Shown here in pieces: positions 9,854 to 20,093 of a stretch of DNA of 64,000 bases. The notes beneath the pieces were generated by a model that searched no databases, was not told where the DNA came from, and saw nothing but the letters and a program-made list of their open reading frames with translations. The translations under genes and the position numbers were made by a program. Source of the DNA: an uncultured archaeon (GTDB taxonomy: Archaea > Asgardarchaeota > Lokiarchaeia > Sigyniarchaeales > SOKP01). Position 1 is the first letter of the stretch; each line of letters begins with the position of its first letter. The DNA lies in NCBI GenBank assembly GCA_964583985.1, contig CAZOYD010000002.1, positions 64,001 through 128,000 of the forward strand. The letters run 5' to 3'.

Positions 9854-11047
9854 TTGGTGCTATTTTTGAGAAAAAGAAGAATGAAATCCGAAGATGCCGA
9901 AGAAAGATTTACAGAACATTTTAGAGCGGTTATTGATAACAATACTTCACTTAATATGTATAATGAAAAAAAGCGATCGATTTGCGTGATAAGAAAGGAT
10001 TTGGCTAAAGACTATGAGGTAGAAGTTGATGCTTCAGAAGCACCAATAATGAATAAATTATTAAGAGATCCTGAACCATATGAAAGTTCAATAGCGGAAG
10101 TTAAAATTCTTGAACAAGAAATATTTCCCTTAAACGAAGCTTTCAAGAATGTATTCGGAACGGATGAAGAATTAAAACTTGATTCAATAAAATTAGCGAT
10201 TGGTGGAAGTTATAATGATTTTGTTACAATTGAAGAAAAAGATTTGAAAAGATTTGATGTTCAACCTACCCTTAGCGGATTATGTGATTTTATTGATCAG
10301 AATGATGAAAGTATTCTTGGATTTTTAGATAGTGAATATATTAATGAGGAAGGAAATGTAATTTATCTAAGTTGTAGTAAAAAAGGTTTAACTGATAATA
10401 TTTACTCGTTGGATATAAAAATCTTAGCTTCAATGCACCAGAGAGGATTTTTTCTTCAACAAGAACATAAATATTATGGACTTCAATTATTCATTACTTT
10501 AGAAATGAAAAGAGCTAATGATGATAAATTATTCGAATTCTTAAAAGAACTTAATATTGATTGGGAAATGATCTTTTTCAGAAGAAGATTGGCAATTCAT
10601 GATTGGACTGAAATAGAATGTGATAAAGATTCTGAAAATCTTAAGAAATATTTAAGGGCTAAATTCGAAACCTTAAATTATTTCGATATTAACAATATTA
10701 TTAGAATAATAGTAAAAAACCAATTACCTTTCAATGTTGCTGATAAAATGGCATCTCTCTTGTATAAAATGAAGAATGAAAGAAGTAATCAATTATCAGA
10801 CAAAATTTATGATTACGATACTACTACTCAAGATTATTTCGAATCTCAAAGAAGAATTTTACATTCTGAATCAGAGGAGAGAACTCAGGCGGTAAATGGA
10901 TATACTCTTACACTAAAAAAAGCAGAAATAGCAGCCGCTGCCAATATCGCATGTGCTTATTTGGGCATTCAAAAAGAAATAGAATTTGATAAGGATATCC
11001 CAAATTCAGAAATCTTGAAGTATCAAGAAGAATTAACTAATTTCTAA
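9854..11047 (+). CDS. Hypothetical acidic cytoplasmic protein
   Basis: 397-codon ORF; no motif recognised. Confidence 0.7.
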   Translation: MVLFLRKRRMKSEDAEERFTEHFRAVIDNNTSLNMYNEKKRSICVIRKDLAKDYEVEVDASEAPIMNKLLRDPEPYESSIAEVKILEQEIFPLNEAFKNVFGTDEELKLDSIKLAIGGSYNDFVTIEEKDLKRFDVQPTLSGLCDFIDQNDESILGFLDSEYINEEGNVIYLSCSKKGLTDNIYSLDIKILASMHQRGFFLQQEHKYYGLQLFITLEMKRANDDKLFEFLKELNIDWEMIFFRRRLAIHDWTEIECDKDSENLKKYLRAKFETLNYFDINNIIRIIVKNQLPFNVADKMASLLYKMKNERSNQLSDKIYDYDTTTQDYFESQRRILHSESEERTQAVNGYTLTLKKAEIAAAANIACAYLGIQKEIEFDKDIPNSEILKYQEELTNF

Positions 11048-11083
11048 GTAAAATTTAAAAGAAGTAAGAAAATGATATACTTT

Positions 11084-12088
11084 TTACTTTAAATTGTAGG
11101 ATAGTTTTAATAACTCATGATTTATTTCTCCAACAGTTACACTTTTTCCAGTTCTGACATTTGTCATTGTATATTTTGCAGGAGCAAATAAACCAGGATC
11201 AATTTTATAGAAATCATAATCGGCGGCTTTAAATGTTTCTAAAAATGGTTTTCCATAGCTTGGGGAAGTGTTAGCTGGAGCTTTTTTAAGAAGTTCAAAT
11301 AATTCCGCTTCTTTTTCCTTGTCAACATCAATTGTATAATAAGTCAATCCTGCTGCGCTTATTGAATCATTAGTTCTTCCCATTGCTCCCAAATCATCTT
11401 TTGCTATTGGTGCTACCGTTGTTGTTCCAAATCCATCTTTCAAAACCTCGAGTGGGAAATGAATCTCATGTAATTTATGAATTCCAGTTTCTACTATTCT
11501 TGCAGCAACTTGGATGGATCCTGTTAAACAAGCGGTAGGAGCACATACTGCATATGTATTACTTGGATTTACTCCACTTTTAGTTGCGATTATTTGCATA
11601 ACTTCTGAATTTGGTAATTTATCCGTTTCAAACACTATTATCGCACAATCAGAATCATCAGTATAATTTATTTCGTCGAAAAGTTTCTCAGTTTTACTTT
11701 TAGCTCTAGCAGGACCTGAACCTAAAGATTGAAATATAACCTTTTGCTTTACTTTTCCATCTTTTTCAACATCTTTCTTTAATTTTACACTCCAACCAGC
11801 CAATTGAGAGGCCATGCAAGAGATAATAGGTTCAGAAGTGTATACATTAACACTTGGAATATAATGCCCATCTAAATCGTATGACGAAAATTCAACATTT
11901 CCTAATCCACCCATGCAAATTTCTCCCACTAATTTACCTCCAGTCCAAGATGCATTAGTCATGTTTAAAATAGTTGAGCCATCTTCAAGTTTTTGAATAT
12001 CTGCTTTATACAATTCCTTATTTTCAATAATCTTTTTCACGAGTTTTAGAGTAAGATTATTCATTTTGATATGATGCATATCGATCAC
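11084..12088 (-). CDS. mch: Methenyltetrahydromethanopterin cyclohydrolase
   Basis: EICMGGLG, CMASQLAGW, LGSGPARA, APTA...GSIQVAARIVETG.HK, AMGRTND, DFYKIDPGLFAPA. Confidence 0.96.
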   Translation of the reverse strand: MIDMHHIKMNNLTLKLVKKIIENKELYKADIQKLEDGSTILNMTNASWTGGKLVGEICMGGLGNVEFSSYDLDGHYIPSVNVYTSEPIISCMASQLAGWSVKLKKDVEKDGKVKQKVIFQSLGSGPARAKSKTEKLFDEINYTDDSDCAIIVFETDKLPNSEVMQIIATKSGVNPSNTYAVCAPTACLTGSIQVAARIVETGIHKLHEIHFPLEVLKDGFGTTTVAPIAKDDLGAMGRTNDSISAAGLTYYTIDVDKEKEAELFELLKKAPANTSPSYGKPFLETFKAADYDFYKIDPGLFAPAKYTMTNVRTGKSVTVGEINHELLKLSYNLK

Positions 12089-12172
12089 TTTTCTCTATTT
12101 TTTAAATGAGTATTTATTATTTTTTACTTATTTTAATATATTAAATTAAGTTTATATTAAAATTTTATAACA

Positions 12173-13705
12173 ATGAATGAAGTATCTGATTCTTTTCAAT
12201 TACTAATAGAATCCTTAGGATTAGCTAAAAAATTCCTATCCGATACACTTGAGAAATCTAATCTAAACTTGAAGATATACACGCATCTTGATGCGGATGG
12301 ATTGTCATCGGGAGCAATATTGGGGAAGACTTTTTTCAGAGAAAGAATTCCATTTCAAATAAGGGTATTAAAACAATTAGAAAAAAATGAAATTATTAAG
12401 TTAACGATGGAAGCTATTGATGGAGAAAATTTCATACTTTTTTCTGATTTTGGGAGTGGTCAATATTTGGAATTGATTCACTATCTTAAAAGTGGTGAAG
12501 TCCAAATTCCTTTTCTTATTATAGATCACCATCTCCCACAAGAAGTTCCAAATAAAGAGGATCCTAATATGGAAATAATTCATAAAAATGGTGCTCCTTG
12601 GCATGTAAATCCATATTTTTATGGTATTGATGGTAGCACAGAAATTTCCAGTTCAGGTTTATGTTACTTTTTTTCCAAATTAATAAATAAGAAAAATATT
12701 GATCTTTCTCCTATTGCTTTAGTGGGTGCAATAGGTGATATTCAAAACAGAGGTTCTAATTATTCATTCACGGGCATTAATTCTTACATCCTTAAAGACG
12801 CACTTGAGGCCGATTTAGTTGATGAGGTAGATGATCTTAGCTTTTCACCGATTAAGCCAATACATGAAGCAATTGCGTATTCAACTAATATTAATTTACC
12901 AGGGTTAACAGGAAATGCGAGTACTACCTTGAAATTTTTAAAAACTATTGGTATACTAATAGAAAAACCAGATGGTGAAATAAGAACGCTAAATGATCTT
13001 ACTGAAAGTGAAAAGAGAGATATTTCATCAAAAATTATAGAATATGCATTGAAATATGAAATTGATCCCAATATTATAACTCAAAATCTAATTGTAAATA
13101 GGTATATCTTAAAGGATGAAATTATCGGTTCAGAATTATATGAATTAAATGAATTTTCTAAGTTATTAAATTCTTGTGGTCGCAGCGAAAATGCTTCTTT
13201 AGGTATAGCGATAGGAATGGGTGATAGACATATAGCTTATCAAAAAGCGCAGGAAAATCTCGTTGATTATAGGAAGAAAATATCAAATGCTTTAAATTGG
13301 ATCCAAAAAGAAGGAACAATCAAAGAAATGGAACATATTCAATATTTTTATGGTGAAGATATCATACCAGATACCATGATTGGAACTATTGCATCAATCT
13401 TAATTTTTGATAGAAGTGGATTTATCAATAAAATAAAGCCAATATTTGCTTGTTCTAGGAGAAAATCAGAAGAAGTCTATAAAATATCAGCTAGAGCAAG
13501 TAAAGAAGTAGTAGAAAAAGGAATTAATTTATCAGAAGCTATAAGAGAAGCATTATCACTTTCAGATTTGGAAGTATTAGGAGGAGGTCATCCTCCTGCT
13601 GCAGGTACGGTAGTTCCTATTGATAAAATTGAACTTTTTTTAAAAAATTGTGATAAAATTATTGGTGAACAAAGAAATAATCCAAATGATCAAATTTCTA
13701 AATAA
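12173..13705 (+). CDS. RecJ-like DHH phosphoesterase (archaeal RecJ/GAN-HAN family)
   Basis: HLDADG, DFGSG, IDHH, GAIGD, LLNSCGR, KISAR, GGGHPPAAG (DHHA1). Confidence 0.9.
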   Translation: MNEVSDSFQLLIESLGLAKKFLSDTLEKSNLNLKIYTHLDADGLSSGAILGKTFFRERIPFQIRVLKQLEKNEIIKLTMEAIDGENFILFSDFGSGQYLELIHYLKSGEVQIPFLIIDHHLPQEVPNKEDPNMEIIHKNGAPWHVNPYFYGIDGSTEISSSGLCYFFSKLINKKNIDLSPIALVGAIGDIQNRGSNYSFTGINSYILKDALEADLVDEVDDLSFSPIKPIHEAIAYSTNINLPGLTGNASTTLKFLKTIGILIEKPDGEIRTLNDLTESEKRDISSKIIEYALKYEIDPNIITQNLIVNRYILKDEIIGSELYELNEFSKLLNSCGRSENASLGIAIGMGDRHIAYQKAQENLVDYRKKISNALNWIQKEGTIKEMEHIQYFYGEDIIPDTMIGTIASILIFDRSGFINKIKPIFACSRRKSEEVYKISARASKEVVEKGINLSEAIREALSLSDLEVLGGGHPPAAGTVVPIDKIELFLKNCDKIIGEQRNNPNDQISK

Positions 13706-14987
13706 CGTAAGATTCACCTGTTTCAGGTGCAATAGCATTATAATTTCCCTTATTTAGATTACTAGCTAAAGATGTGGATGACTTTTCATCACCATGAACA
13801 CAAAACACATACCGTGAATTATTGAATTTAATTTCTTTAATATAACCGTAGAGATCTGATCTATCAGCATGACTTGAAAAATCAAAATATTCTACTTCAC
13901 ATAATGCTTCCGAAATATTATTTTTTGAATTTCCTCTTTCCTCAAATTCAAATATTCCCTCATCCAAAAGCTTTCTTCCTGGTGTGCCTTCTACTTGATA
14001 TCCTACGAGATATACTGCTGATACGGGATCTTTAACTATTTTTGACATGTAATCAATCGCAGCACCTCCTTTAAGCATTCCTGAAGGAGAAATAATTATA
14101 TTTTTGCCTTTTTCTAAAATATTCATTCGATTTCTACTTTTTGCAAATTTTGTATTCTTTATCGCTTTTTTGAGCATCCCAAAATCCTTGAATGCGTTAG
14201 GGTATTCAGAATATGTCATGCTAATTTTTCTAGCGAGTCCATCTAAATATATAGGAATTTTTAGACCAAATTTGTTCAAAACTAACAATACTTCTTGCGA
14301 TCTCGCAACCCCAAATGCGGGAATTAAAACGTTACCATCATTTTCTATTACATTGCCAATTCGATCAATGAAATTTCGTTCTGTTTCCTCTCTTGGAGGA
14401 TGATCTTTTAGAGCATAAGTTGATTCTGTTATTAATGCATCAATCTCTGGTATATCAGAAGATTTCGCAGGATTTATGAGATTAGTTGATTGTGAATTAA
14501 TATCTCCAGTATAAAAAATTTTTTTTCCATTAACCTCAACAAGGATTGAAATACTTCCAGGAATGTGTCCCGCATCATAAAATGTGATGTGAAAATCATT
14601 CGAGATTTTCTGACGAATCCCATTTTCCAAGAATTGGGCACTTTGTCTTAATTTGTCTAATTCTTTGAAATCAAAGGGATAGGGGTATTTTGAAATCCTA
14701 ATCATATCTTTTAAAAGAATTTCAGAAATTCTTAGGGTTATTGGATTAGTATAAAAGGGTAGGTTTGAATTTTTATACAAAGAGGGTAGCGCTCCAGAAT
14801 GATCTACGTGACAATGAGTGAGAGCCACGGCCTTGAGATTATTTAAGTCTGTTTTATCAGGGAGTCGGTCATCTTCTTTGAATCTTACTCCATAATCGAG
14901 CATTATTTTTTCTTTATTGTTCGATTCAATTAAAATGGCGGATCTACCAACCTCTCTAGCTCCACCAAGAAATTTAATGACGGGCAT
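13698..14987 (-). CDS. Metallo-beta-lactamase beta-CASP ribonuclease (aCPSF2-like)
   Basis: GGAREVGRS, LDYG, THCHVDHSG, AGHIPGS, YTGD, ESTY, FSSHAD, VHGD. Confidence 0.92.
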   Translation of the reverse strand: MPVIKFLGGAREVGRSAILIESNNKEKIMLDYGVRFKEDDRLPDKTDLNNLKAVALTHCHVDHSGALPSLYKNSNLPFYTNPITLRISEILLKDMIRISKYPYPFDFKELDKLRQSAQFLENGIRQKISNDFHITFYDAGHIPGSISILVEVNGKKIFYTGDINSQSTNLINPAKSSDIPEIDALITESTYALKDHPPREETERNFIDRIGNVIENDGNVLIPAFGVARSQEVLLVLNKFGLKIPIYLDGLARKISMTYSEYPNAFKDFGMLKKAIKNTKFAKSRNRMNILEKGKNIIISPSGMLKGGAAIDYMSKIVKDPVSAVYLVGYQVEGTPGRKLLDEGIFEFEERGNSKNNISEALCEVEYFDFSSHADRSDLYGYIKEIKFNNSRYVFCVHGDEKSSTSLASNLNKGNYNAIAPETGESYVI

Positions 14988-15123
14988 ATTTAATTATAAT
15001 TAAAATAATTTATATTTCCATGTCTTTATTTTAATAAATTTAGCCAAGAATAAGAATTTTGTCAATATAGAGCCTTGCGATTATTAAAATAAAAATAAAA
15101 AGAGGTATTTTTATTATTAAATA

Positions 15124-15882
15124 TTACTTTATCTTTTTTATAACGTTGATGAGTAATGCGATAACATTATTTACATTTTTACTGAAAACGTTTAAAATTT
15201 CTTCCCACGTCACAGGAATTTCATTTTCCTTCCAACAATCATAATCTGTAGACATTGCAACAGCAGCATATGGAATTCTTGCCTCATTTGCCAAGATAGT
15301 TTCGGGTGCAATACTCATATTAATTACATCAGCTCCCCATGACCTGAACATCTCAGATTCGGCTTTAGTCGAAAATCTAGGCCCTTCAATTGTAACTACA
15401 GTTCCTTTTTCGTGATATTTAAGATTCAACTCTCGAGCCGTTTCTATAAATATATTTCTTAATTCTTCAGAATATGGATAAGCCATAGCAGTATGTTTAG
15501 CATCACCGGGTGGAAATTCATCAAAAAAGCTCAATTTTCTTAATCTGGTAAAATCGATAAATTGATCGAGGATGACAAAATCACCTCGTCCAATTTTTTC
15601 TCTCAAGCTGCCACATGCTGTGGTTGCTAAGATATGAGTACATCCTTGATCCTTCAATGCTTGTATATTAGCTCTATAATTTACATGTGTTGGTGGAATA
15701 GTATGTTCCCTTCCGTGTCTTGCTATAAGAACGACATCTACTCCATTGATTTTACCTACTTTTAGTGGAGACGATGGTTTTCCATATGGAGTATTAACCT
15801 CCACATCTCTTCCATCCTTTAAAATCTCAGGATTATCTAATCCCGAACCACCTATTATCCCTATTTTAACCATAACATTCAC
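15124..15882 (-). CDS. mtnP: S-methyl-5'-thioadenosine phosphorylase
   Basis: IGIIGGSGLDNPEIL, ARHGREH..PP, EGPRFSTKAES, INMS..PE, TDYDCW. Confidence 0.93.
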   Translation of the reverse strand: MNVMVKIGIIGGSGLDNPEILKDGRDVEVNTPYGKPSSPLKVGKINGVDVVLIARHGREHTIPPTHVNYRANIQALKDQGCTHILATTACGSLREKIGRGDFVILDQFIDFTRLRKLSFFDEFPPGDAKHTAMAYPYSEELRNIFIETARELNLKYHEKGTVVTIEGPRFSTKAESEMFRSWGADVINMSIAPETILANEARIPYAAVAMSTDYDCWKENEIPVTWEEILNVFSKNVNNVIALLINVIKKIK

Positions 15883-15976
15883 TATTAGGTGTTTTTGAAA
15901 AATTTTATTTATAATATTTAAAATATCTCCATTTTTATTTATTTTATCAGAAATAATTAATTAACGTGATCTCAAA

Positions 15977-16840
15977 ATGAAAAATAATGACATAAGTGCT
16001 GATATAGCTATAATTGGAGGCACAGGATCCAACATCCATTTAAAAAATGCTATAGAAACTAAAATTTTTACACCTTTTGGAAATACTTCTGCAAAGATAA
16101 ATATAGGTGATTTTAAAGGAAAAAAAGTAGCCTACATTCCTCGTCATGGAAAAGATCATTCAATTCCCCCACATAATATAAATTTTAAAGCAAATATTTG
16201 GGCTTTAAAAGAATTAGGTGTCAAATTTGTATTAGCAACTTCAGCTGTTGGTTCTTTAAGGATAGAATTATCGAAAGGAACATTTGTATTAGTTGATCAA
16301 TATATTGATCGAACCAAGAAACGATTTGATACTTTTTTCGAAGGTGGACAAGTTTGCCATATAGGTCAAGCTGAGCCTTATTGTGAAGAGATGCGGAGGC
16401 TTTGTATTGAATCAGGAAAAAATCTTGGAATAGAAATTCATAATGGAGGAACATATGTATGTATAGAAGGACCTAGATTTTCGACGAGGGCAGAATCAAA
16501 CATGTTTCGATTACTTGGCGGAGACATCGTAGGAATGACGACATATCCCGAGGTGGTTCTAGCTGCCGAAAAAGAAATGTGTTATTGTTGCATCACTATG
16601 ATTACTGATCTCGATGTATGGGCTGGTAAATGCCCAAATTGTGGTATCGTTGCTTATAAAAAGGAATGTGATAAATGCGGTGCAATCATTCAAAAACTGA
16701 ATGTTGATGTTCCAGAAGTCATGAAAACAATGGAAAAAAACGCTGAGAATCTAACGAAGTTATTAGAAATGACCATACCTAAAATAAATACAGAAAAAGA
16801 TTGTTCTTGTCATCATGGATTATTAAATTCGATAATTTAA
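15977..16840 (+). CDS. Second MTAP/PNP-family phosphorylase with CxxC-CxxC insertion
   Basis: PRHGKDH, EGPRFSTRAES, VGMT..PE, TDLDVW followed by CPNC...CDKC; C-terminal CSC. Confidence 0.88.
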   Translation: MKNNDISADIAIIGGTGSNIHLKNAIETKIFTPFGNTSAKINIGDFKGKKVAYIPRHGKDHSIPPHNINFKANIWALKELGVKFVLATSAVGSLRIELSKGTFVLVDQYIDRTKKRFDTFFEGGQVCHIGQAEPYCEEMRRLCIESGKNLGIEIHNGGTYVCIEGPRFSTRAESNMFRLLGGDIVGMTTYPEVVLAAEKEMCYCCITMITDLDVWAGKCPNCGIVAYKKECDKCGAIIQKLNVDVPEVMKTMEKNAENLTKLLEMTIPKINTEKDCSCHHGLLNSII

Positions 16841-16844
16841 TTCA

Positions 16845-18278
16845 TTATTCTCTTAATTTAGGTGACCTCGCTGCTAATACCGCATCTAAACGTCCAATTG
16901 GGGTATTAAACGGAGCTTTCTTTAGGATATCTGGATTTTCTTCAGCTTCATCAAGAATTTTGAATAATATATCAATAAATCTATCTAAATTATTCCTTGT
17001 CTCTGTCTCAGTAGGTTCAATCATAAGAGCTCCATTAACAATTAATGGAAAATAGATAGTGGGGGCATACATTCCGTAATCTAAAATGCGTTTAGCAATA
17101 TCCTCAGTTGTAACACCATTAGGAATTCCTTTATCGGATAAAACAAATTCATGTTTGCACATTCTATCGTAAGGTAGATAATATCTTTTCTTGAGAGTGT
17201 TTCTTAAATAATTTGCATTCAAAACAGAGATTCTACCCACTTTGCTTAATCCTTCAGCTCCTAAGGCTAAAATGTATGAATATGCCCTTAATATTATTCC
17301 AAAATTGCCCCAAAATGCTTTAATCCGTCCAATTGATGTAGATTTTCTTTCAACACAGATTAGGCCCTCTTTATTTGATATTAAACACGGTTCAGGAAGA
17401 TATGGAATGAGTGTTTCTACAACTCCAACAGGACCAGATCCTGGACCCCCGCCACCATGAGGAGTAGAAAAGGTTTTATGAAGATTGAGGTGAACTATAT
17501 CAAAACCCATATCTCCCGGACGACAAACTCCAAGCATGGGATTTAAATTTGCCCCATCATAATAACAAAATCCACCATTTTCATGAACAATTCTCGTTAT
17601 CTCCTTTATATTTCGATCAAATACACCCAGCGTATTAGGATTAGTTAACATTATACCTGCTACATCTCCTTGTTTCATTGCATATTCGAGATGGTCTAAA
17701 GGGACTTCTCCTTGCTTGTTAGATTGAAGCTCAATAATAGAGAACCCTGCCATTTTTGCTGAAGCGGGATTAGTGCCATGAGCTGAATCTGGAACGATTA
17801 TCTTTGTCTTACGGATTTTGTTATGTTCAAAATATTTTTTCATAATAAGTAATCCAACCAATTCACCATGAGCTCCTGCAGCTGGTTGTAATGTGAAACC
17901 TTCCATTCCAGTGATTTCAACCAAGAATTTTGATAATTCCATAAGAACTTTAAGTGAACCTTGATTTTCTTCTTGGAGTGGATGGATCTGAGAGAAACCA
18001 GGAATTCTACCAATAATTTCATTAATTTTTGGATTATATTTCATTGTACAGGAACCTAAAGGATACATTCCTGTATCCACTCCATAATTTCTATTACTTA
18101 GATTTACATAATGCCGAACGATTTCAACCTCAGGAACGTTAGGTAGGGGTAATTCCTTTCGAATCAATGAATTTGGGATAATTTGAGCAATATCTTTAGC
18201 AACTATATCCATTTTAGGGATAAAATTTTCATTAGAACGGTTGATACTCTTTTCAAAAATAATTTTTGTATCCATCAT
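16845..18278 (-). CDS. gcvPB: Glycine dehydrogenase (decarboxylating) subunit 2
   Basis: YPLGSCTMKYNPK, QPAAGAHGE, SAHGTNPASA, HLNLHKTFSTPHGGGGPG (PLP Lys). Confidence 0.97.
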   Translation of the reverse strand: MMDTKIIFEKSINRSNENFIPKMDIVAKDIAQIIPNSLIRKELPLPNVPEVEIVRHYVNLSNRNYGVDTGMYPLGSCTMKYNPKINEIIGRIPGFSQIHPLQEENQGSLKVLMELSKFLVEITGMEGFTLQPAAGAHGELVGLLIMKKYFEHNKIRKTKIIVPDSAHGTNPASAKMAGFSIIELQSNKQGEVPLDHLEYAMKQGDVAGIMLTNPNTLGVFDRNIKEITRIVHENGGFCYYDGANLNPMLGVCRPGDMGFDIVHLNLHKTFSTPHGGGGPGSGPVGVVETLIPYLPEPCLISNKEGLICVERKSTSIGRIKAFWGNFGIILRAYSYILALGAEGLSKVGRISVLNANYLRNTLKKRYYLPYDRMCKHEFVLSDKGIPNGVTTEDIAKRILDYGMYAPTIYFPLIVNGALMIEPTETETRNNLDRFIDILFKILDEAEENPDILKKAPFNTPIGRLDAVLAARSPKLRE

Positions 18279-19624
18279 AATTCCCCCACGTTTTTTACTT
18301 TAAATTTACTCGCTATTCTTATAAACGTATCTAATGAGTCTTTTGAATTGGATTCAGTAACGCATACCAAAAGAACGTTTTTCATATTAGGATAATAAGA
18401 GGAAATGCGTAAAGGAGGTAATATATCGCTAATTTTGAGCTCATTGATAAATTTTTCAATATCAGGACATTTCAATAAGAATTCATTGTATGTAGGCTTT
18501 GTATTTAATATTTTATAACCTGGTATTTCAACTAATCTTTCCTTTAAATAATGAGCTTTCTGAATATTTTGAATGGCAATTTCCCGAAGTCCATAGGAAC
18601 CAAGGGATAATAAATATATCAGAGCTGATAAAGCACATAAAGCTTGATTTGTACAAATATTTGAACTTGCTTTTTCTCTTCGAATATGCTGCTCTCGTGC
18701 TTGTAATGTTAAAATAAAGCCTTCTCGCTCCCCATATAATTCCTTAGTCTTTCCTACTAACCGACCAGGTATTTTCCTTAGATATTTCTGTTTCGTTGTA
18801 AAGATACCAAGTCCAGGTCCACCAAAAGAAGGACAAATACCAAAAGATTGCCCTTCTGCCACAAAAATATCTATATTGGTCAAACCAGGTGGTTTTAAAA
18901 CGCCTAAGCAAGTTGGATCAGTCATGATTTGCACAATAATACAATTTGGAGCTGACTTTTTGATCCTTTGTGAAATTTCTGTTACATCCTCGATATCACC
19001 AAAGAAATTTGGGCTTTGAAGCATAACAGAAGCGATTTCTTCACTCAAATTATCCATAAGATCCTCTTGAGAAACAATTCTCAACTCAATATTTTGTCCC
19101 CAACAATAAGTTTTCACGACTTGTATGTATTCAGGATGAATCCCTTCCAGAATTACGACGATATTTTTATTTGTCAAAATTGTTGACATAATTGCTGCTT
19201 CTGCTAAAGCGGTCGAACCATCATACATGCTAGCGTTAGTAACATCCATTTCCGTTAAACGTGAAATAATTGATTGATATTCATAAATAGCTTGAAGAAA
19301 ACCTTGACTTGCTTCAGCTTGATAAGGAGTATAGGCGGTATAGAACTCTGAACGACTGATTACAAAATCGACTAAAGAAGGAATATAATGAAAATAATTT
19401 CCAGCACCCAAAAAACTGCTTTGATAGATTTTATTCTCCTTCGAGATTGTTTTCAGTTTATTTAATAAATCGGGTTCTGATAATCCGGGAGGAATATTTA
19501 ACTGTTTCTCAATCAGGTCTTTTGGAATATCATCAAAAAGGTCATCTAAATCACTAAGTCCTAAATTTTTTAACATCTCACCAATTATTTTATCGTCATG
19601 AGGGATAAAATCCATACTATTCAC
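18275..19624 (-). CDS. gcvPA: Glycine dehydrogenase (decarboxylating) subunit 1
   Basis: FYTAYTPYQAEASQG, NASMYDG, LQAREQHIRREKASSNICTNQAL. Confidence 0.97.
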   Translation of the reverse strand: MNSMDFIPHDDKIIGEMLKNLGLSDLDDLFDDIPKDLIEKQLNIPPGLSEPDLLNKLKTISKENKIYQSSFLGAGNYFHYIPSLVDFVISRSEFYTAYTPYQAEASQGFLQAIYEYQSIISRLTEMDVTNASMYDGSTALAEAAIMSTILTNKNIVVILEGIHPEYIQVVKTYCWGQNIELRIVSQEDLMDNLSEEIASVMLQSPNFFGDIEDVTEISQRIKKSAPNCIIVQIMTDPTCLGVLKPPGLTNIDIFVAEGQSFGICPSFGGPGLGIFTTKQKYLRKIPGRLVGKTKELYGEREGFILTLQAREQHIRREKASSNICTNQALCALSALIYLLSLGSYGLREIAIQNIQKAHYLKERLVEIPGYKILNTKPTYNEFLLKCPDIEKFINELKISDILPPLRISSYYPNMKNVLLVCVTESNSKDSLDTFIRIASKFKVKNVGEL

Positions 19625-19673
19625 CTAATCTAAAATATTTAAAATAACACAATTAAAAATAAGAAAATTAATG

Positions 19674-20069
19674 TTAATGTCCTTCGGATTCAATAATTTT
19701 TTTATATTCTTGAACGGATAGAAGAGTTCCTAATTCTTCTGAATGATTCATTTTAATTTTTAAGATCCACCCCTCTTCAAATGGAGAAGAATTAATTAAT
19801 TCAGGAGTTCCTTCTAAGGTCTTATTAACTTCAATTATTTCACCCGATACTGGCATTATTAGATCACCAACTGCTTTAACTGATTCAATTTCAGCAACAT
19901 TGCTACCCTTTTCAAAAACTAGACCAACATTAGGTAATTCAATGAAAACAATATCGCCAAGTTGGTGTTGAGCATAACTCGTTATTCCAACAATTCCAAT
20001 ATCACCTTTAACTCTCACCCATTCGTGAGAAGCAGCATATTTCACATCTTCCCGTAAGTTATAATCCAT
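19674..20069 (-). CDS. gcvH: Glycine cleavage system H protein
   Basis: HEW, GITSYAQHQLGD, ESVKAV (lipoyl Lys), PVSGE, INSSPFEEGW. Confidence 0.97.
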   Translation of the reverse strand: MDYNLREDVKYAASHEWVRVKGDIGIVGITSYAQHQLGDIVFIELPNVGLVFEKGSNVAEIESVKAVGDLIMPVSGEIIEVNKTLEGTPELINSSPFEEGWILKIKMNHSEELGTLLSVQEYKKIIESEGH

Positions 20070-20093
20070 AATAATTCACTTCTTTTTTTATTA

